DNA of 64,000 nucleotides from Phoronis australis (Eukaryota > Animalia > Phoronida): contig NMRA01000064.1 in NCBI GenBank assembly GCA_002633005.1, positions 938,360 to 1,002,359 of the forward strand. The letters run 5' to 3'. The notes beneath the pieces were generated by a model. That model worked only from the letters and a program-made list of their open reading frames with translations. It had not been told where the DNA came from and did not search any database. The position numbers and the translations under genes are program-made. Of this stretch, positions 58,401 to 64,000 are shown in pieces (position 1 is the first letter of the stretch; each line of letters opens with the position of its first letter).

Positions 58401-61400
58401 CCTCCTTATCTGATAAAGCCCCCCCCCCCCCCCCCCNATCGAAGATGTCGAGGTGAGCGGCCCAATCCCCGCCGCAGTCGGTCAGTATTAGTAAGAAAGT
58501 AGCCTAAGTAAGTAAGTAAAATATTTATTTTACATCGGCATAGAATTAGTTTAACAGCAAAACAGTAGCACAGCGCTAGTGACCTATGTAAAATGAGAAA
58601 CTAATGTGTACAACAGTGTATTAGAGTGACATTACAGTAAATGATCGAGTCTACATGGGGCTCTAAGATTTGTATATTGTAATACTCTAATTAATAATGC
58701 TAATTTTAAGTAAGTTATATGTGCAAAATGGTAGGGGGCATTTTAAAACTATATAGGCAATAAATAATAACGAAACAAAACAGAAACATCATTTGTAAAG
58801 TACCCGACAATACTGTAACCCTTAGTCAAACGGGGTTCTGAATAGGACCCATTTTTGTTAAGATCCCGGGAAAGATAACCATTTTATCAGTGCCGTCGGA
58901 AACGTACTCTGAGCCAATAAACTTTCGAAAAAGAGTCCAAGAAAACATTCATGTACAGGTTTCCAGAGCAAAGAGACCAATCCAATTTCATGAAAATGTT
59001 TACTCGAAAAACTATTTCTCCAAGGAGCCTCAATTCTCCAAAGGACAATAGAGTCATCTTTCGCTCTCTTTTTCCCGTTTTTTGAAATTGTATATCACTT
59101 ACAAATTAATTGGGAACTTGTCGTCAAAGGGACCATAGCGCTAACATTGGGTTCCCGTTCTCCGTACAGGGTATCAGGAGCCCTCGGCAACTGTTGGAGT
59201 AGGTCCTGCATGGCATTCAAAGCCAAAGCTTTTCCTGTTTTTTATTTTTATTCTTTCTTTTTAAGAGCCGTCATTCCCGAAGGAATCAATTAGGCCTACC
59301 CCTCGTATCCTACATTAAATGTGGAATCGCACAATTCTTAGTCATGTTCAGGAAAGTCACTTGTTGGAGTGAGGGCCCCCATGGTGATGGGATTGGCTGT
59401 ACTTTCTTTTTTATGTAACATTTATTAAGTGGCGTCCCTTTCTGACGGGGTCCTCCCTTGGAACGGCGTCTCCGGAAAATGCCCTTGTAAATCCAGCACT
59501 GTCAACTGTGTTTACGAAGGTATTCAGGCAAAATTTCAAATTGGAGTCGAGAAACCGTGCCTCAGCCAAACATGTTCGTGTGAAGTACAATATAAAGAGG
59601 TGATAATGACCCAAGCAAGCAAATAACGGGACTATACATGCAATATACAAAACCGCAGCATTGGCCGCCATCCAAAGGGTGGACCCAAGATCGAGTGGCT
59701 TACATTTGAACAATATGACTCAGAAAAGGCAAATCGGATGTAACGATGACAAGAATTGTTTTAAGATGCTCCACTTTTGTATGAAGAAGAAATCAAAAGA
59801 TGCCACAAAAAACGTGAACGCCTGATACATGTATTTAGAAACCTACGGCAGTTTTTTGAAATTTTATCTTGGACACTCATGAACTAAACTTTGGTGAACT
59901 AACTGATACTGCAGTTCTGTTCTGAATGTATCTTTCGTTCTTACTAAACTATATGGTTTTACGGAGGAAATATCCATTTTGATATTTCTTGAAGTTAATA
60001 ACTCTGGCTATAGGTACATGTATAAAGCAACTGGTTGGATTACAACTCGCCATTTCTCACCGTGGTGTGCCTGTTAGCCTGTCAGACAGTCTCAGGTATA
60101 GTTCGTTGGCTTCCGCTGCTTTTTTTTTAATCACTTTTCTCGCCTGCTTTCAAATAACACAAAAGTAAAACATTAAGGTTTTTCTGCAGAAAATGTGTGC
60201 ATAACAAGTTTTCTTGGATTTTTTATAATCACAGAAGCAAGTTTTTGATTGCGTTGAGAAGATGCACTCTGTAACCCCCCCGCCCCCCTTCCCCCTTTTC
60301 CCCACTAAGAAAATGTCCTGGTCAAATACAAGGGTAAAAGGGTAAATACACAACAGTTACGTAGATACACGTGAAACGTAGATTCACGAGTAGACCTGTA
60401 CTTGTGAATTTGAGGTATGGCAATAAAGACACATTGCGTGTATGTACTTCGTTATAATACCACCATCACATTTGTTTACGGTGAAATAACTATAAAAAAC
60501 GGACGTTCGACACAGAATGAAATGCGATATTAAAAAAATTGGATGGCAATAGCAAATAATGCTTAAAAGCATTGATAACAGCACAGCTTTTAGGTGATAC
60601 TTTTGTTTCCTAACTCAAGCATGTATCACCAGGGCAACTTTCTGTGTAGCGCAAACACGGCTAAAGCTGATTCCCTTACACTAGCTAGTAACCGTGCGAA
60701 GCACGGGTTCCAGCTAATTATCTTTTGAATTGCTTTCTTTTTACATGGTTTCCTGTGCCTTTTCCCTTTTTGACTGCCACCTGCCGCGCCCGTACCCCTG
60801 CGTCTGTCGCCAAGGGCTCATTTTGACGCGTGTCAACATTATTGGGGGACAATAGCCCCTTACCCTCCGTTTCTGGGGTGGGATCTTAATAGGGAATTCC
60901 AGCACCGGCAGTTGATAGATTTTCTCTTAAAATTGCTGCTAGTCCCTTCTATGCTTCGCTGTGGCTTTCTTTTCTCGTTGCCTCAGGCCCAATGCGCCTG
61001 TCGCCATGACTTCATTTAAGTTGTCGCCCAGTGGAAGTACCCTGACGCTTTTGACGATATGCACTTCAGTTTGTGGTATGCTGAAAGGCACTGATCGAGT
61101 CAGCTAGCGTTTCAAGAACCGCACGCTTTCCCTTATAATTCTTTTCCGCGCTCCAATATAGCATTTGTTAGTGTTTTCACGAACCGATGCTTCCGTTCTG
61201 ACGAATAACTAACAAAGTGTGGCGATAGTCAGTTCATCCTAGTTTTTGTCAATGTTTTTTTTTTGGAGAAAAGAGACGTACTCGCCTATTGTGGTATCAA
61301 ATCAGAAAAGAAACACAACTCGTAAGAACATTATTGTTTGTGAACAAACCTCTTTATAGTACCCGCGGGCTTTTCCGTAGATAAGCCCATGGGCATGTAA

Positions 61401-63591
61401 TTAGAAAATGAAAAATTTCAGGCGTTTCAGTAACATCAAATAAACGTGTGGGCTGCTAGTACCATTTAATTCCCAAAGTCCACCGCGGCTATACAGCCAT
61501 TGGAGAGTGATGACTTTTTTAACACTACTGGGACAATTGAGTTGAACTTTAGACGATAGATGGCGCAACAAATTAAGTTTTGACCTGAAAATTTTCAAAA
61601 TCATTCCGTTAATGAAATTGAGAATTACGAGAAAACGTAAACACCAGTAGCCTATTGCTGGAACGAATAAAGACCCTTGTTAATGTAAAATTGGTGTGTG
61701 AACGGTTGAACAAACAAAAAGTTTGCCCAGTGGTTTGTAACACCGTCACGGTTGCATTAAAATGTAAATTGAATACGCTGAGACGACACTCGTTAATAAC
61801 CGACACTCATTAGTTGCCGTGAAAGGAAAAACAATCTAATAAACTATTTTTGCATAGCCACAAAGGCTTGTAGTAATTAAATGTAATGCTTAGGATACTT
61901 TAGAAGACTATTGATTGGGAAAGAACAAAATAAAGAAAGGTCGCGGGAATAGGTCATTTTTAGCCCATTGAGTTAGAATCGAATTATCAGAGGCAAGACG
62001 TAATCCACTCCCGTCAAAGGTCACCAACGTGATTTAAAAAAACAAGGCGTTAACAATCGAGGGTATGCAAATGACAAACTTAGAATGTATACGGTGTTGA
62101 TCAGTACGCGTTTATATGCTCAGCTCGGGAGGGCCTAGTGCGTGCGTAACTTGCGGGGTAGCAGTGACAAGATGTTTAGTGCCGCGGGGTAAACCATTTT
62201 CATCACAGTCATATTTGGTTTAAAAAGCTCTGACATCGCGTGTTTATCCTTTAATTTTCTAAAATTGCAGTTGGTCGCTGTAAAAAAAGCCTGGGATTCT
62301 CGGCCGCCACCTTTGGCGATTGAACTAACACGCCCGGACATGCACCTTGATGATTGGACCAACATGTATTAGTTCTTTTCAAGACTAATTAACTTGAATA
62401 AGTAGTTGCAAAATGAGACCGTTTTTGTTGCATAACTATTTGTTTTTGTTTTCAAAAGAAAAGTCAGTGAAGAGCACGGCATTGCCGATGCATATTTGCA
62501 ATGTTGTTTAAGTAGTTCGAGTACCTACAAGAAATCCACGATGGAAAGACCCCGAGATTAGCCCGTAACTATCGCTCCGGAATGCATACATGTCAACCAT
62601 TTTTTGCTCTAACAATAGCATTTTTGCAAAAAAAATAGCTAACCATAGCACTGACGAGAACGAATCAAAAGATGGCCAAGTATCAAAATGCATTGCATGT
62701 ACCTACTTTAAGATATTTGAGGCGTTTAGATCTAGTAACTGCGTGTTGTTATACTCCTTGGTAACTCCCTTGACCCTGTCGAGAGGGACTCCTGATACGA
62801 GATTATCTCGACAAAAAAGATTGCCATTCAAAGCCAAAAGCGAAGGTTTGAAAACTTTATTTTGAACATTCGCAAAAACGCGCATTGATTAGCCTACCGA
62901 AAATACATATTTCGGTAGTTGAAGTGAGTAGGCCTATACTTGTTTTGATATCAACTTTTACTTTAAAACCTATTTGAGAGGCGAGGAAATAAACTACCAG
63001 CGAAAATAACTTCAACATGGACGCCACGTACGTCTGTATTCACCAACGAGAAGCTGCTAGCCAAATTAGACTTATGTGTGAACCTAGTTTTATCAGTCTG
63101 TCCGGAAAATCTGTGCGAATCAGTTAAGTTCCCCCGGCTTTCTTCACTACGTTTCAAAATGCATGCAGACATGCAAGTGGTCCCTTACTTTTTAATGTTT
63201 ACTTTTTAATGCCTGAGTCCAGGACACAACTCAAAGCCTAAATCCATGCATGGATGACAGCCAACGAATTGTCAATTATTTCAAAGTCATGAAAGATCTG
63301 GAATTTGACTGAGGAACGGTTTGAATCCCAATTTCGTAACGTTAAGTGGTGCGGCTAAATCCAATTAATGAGATGAAAGGATTTTAAAAAGCTCATAATT
63401 TTCGTGGTAGCAGAAATGAAGGCCTACTATGTTGCAAGGAATTTTTCAGAACTCACTTCCCAGGGTACAGAGATGAGCTTTGATTTTTTTTGCATATTCA
63501 GGGAGACAGCATGTCGTTCATATCTTGCAATGAACGTATTCTGCAACAATGTCTAATTTCGCTTCAGTCATTGGAATCCACTATATATGTT

Positions 63592-63764
63592 CAGAGGCGG
63601 ATTTAGAGGAAGGCCAGGGGAGCCATGGGTCCCTAAAATTATCCCAGATTCTATTTGGCAGTTCGAGGTGCTAATGTCTGACGGGCAAAATCCTGGCTAA
63701 TAGGGCCTACTCTAAACTGCCCTCCCCCCCGTCCGGCCAACTCAAAATCCTGGATCCGCCTTTG
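63592..63764. mobile_element. hAT-like MITE
   Basis: cagaggcggatttag ... ctggatccgcctttg TIRs; same family type as 49718. Confidence 0.65.
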
Positions 63765-64000
63765 ATGTTGTCATTTTAAGATTTCTGAAAAAGCTCTACA
63801 AATCCGTCATAAAGATTTGTATGAACAGCGCTAGAAGTTTTGAATGTCTCCGTTTCTAACCCACAAGCATTTTTACATTTTCCACAGTGAAATGTCTCTG
63901 ACTCCGAGTGTCGCTTGACCAGAAAGTGCTGCGTATGCACAAGGTCAACAAGTATGCTTGGGCTGTCAAATCTTTGTTACCGCCGAAATTATATTTGACA

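Noticed and set aside
58418-58437. Poly-C tract with an N as a G-quadruplex or regulatory element
   Set aside because: A homopolymer beside an ambiguous base; its length is unreliable and may be an assembly artefact.
59411-59713. Overlapping ORFs 59411..59713 and 59429..59626
   Set aside because: Non-ATG starts, no recognisable domain and no supporting splice structure.
62760-62800. SGVPLDRVKG resembling the RT motif SGVPQGSVLGP
   Set aside because: No flanking RT motifs (D..KAFD, YADD) were found in any nearby frame.

Overview
AT-rich, intron-containing animal genomic DNA, most consistent with a marine invertebrate (GT-AG introns, CR1-group LINEs, Penelope, many MITEs, frequent TACATGTA); the species cannot be determined from sequence alone. 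I reconstructed the genes by hand from splice sites and reading-frame phase. (1) Two tandem minus-strand paralogs, each 303 aa with 3 exons including a 25-nt micro-exon, encode secreted signal peptide + PAN/apple + fibrinogen-C (FReD) proteins. (2) A small 3-exon type II membrane protein and a single-exon two-TM orphan ORF lie on the plus strand. (3) A complete 12-exon SLC18B1-like MFS transporter (630 aa) lies on the minus strand. The rest is decayed mobile DNA: a CR1/L2-group LINE whose ORF2 starts with an intact 2A/StopGo motif (GDVEENPGP), a Kolobok-like deletion derivative (THAP plus a convergent ORF), a 3.75-kb TTAA-flanked TIR element, a Penelope remnant nested in Helentron-like elements that carry CTCF-like motifs, tRNA-derived repeats, and ultra-short palindromic elements with TSDs. 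I found no prokaryotic systems or CRISPR arrays. The best candidates for novelty are the PAN-FReD pair with a remodelled ligand-binding region, the orphan membrane genes and the 2A-LINE. All family assignments rest on motif recognition, not database searches.
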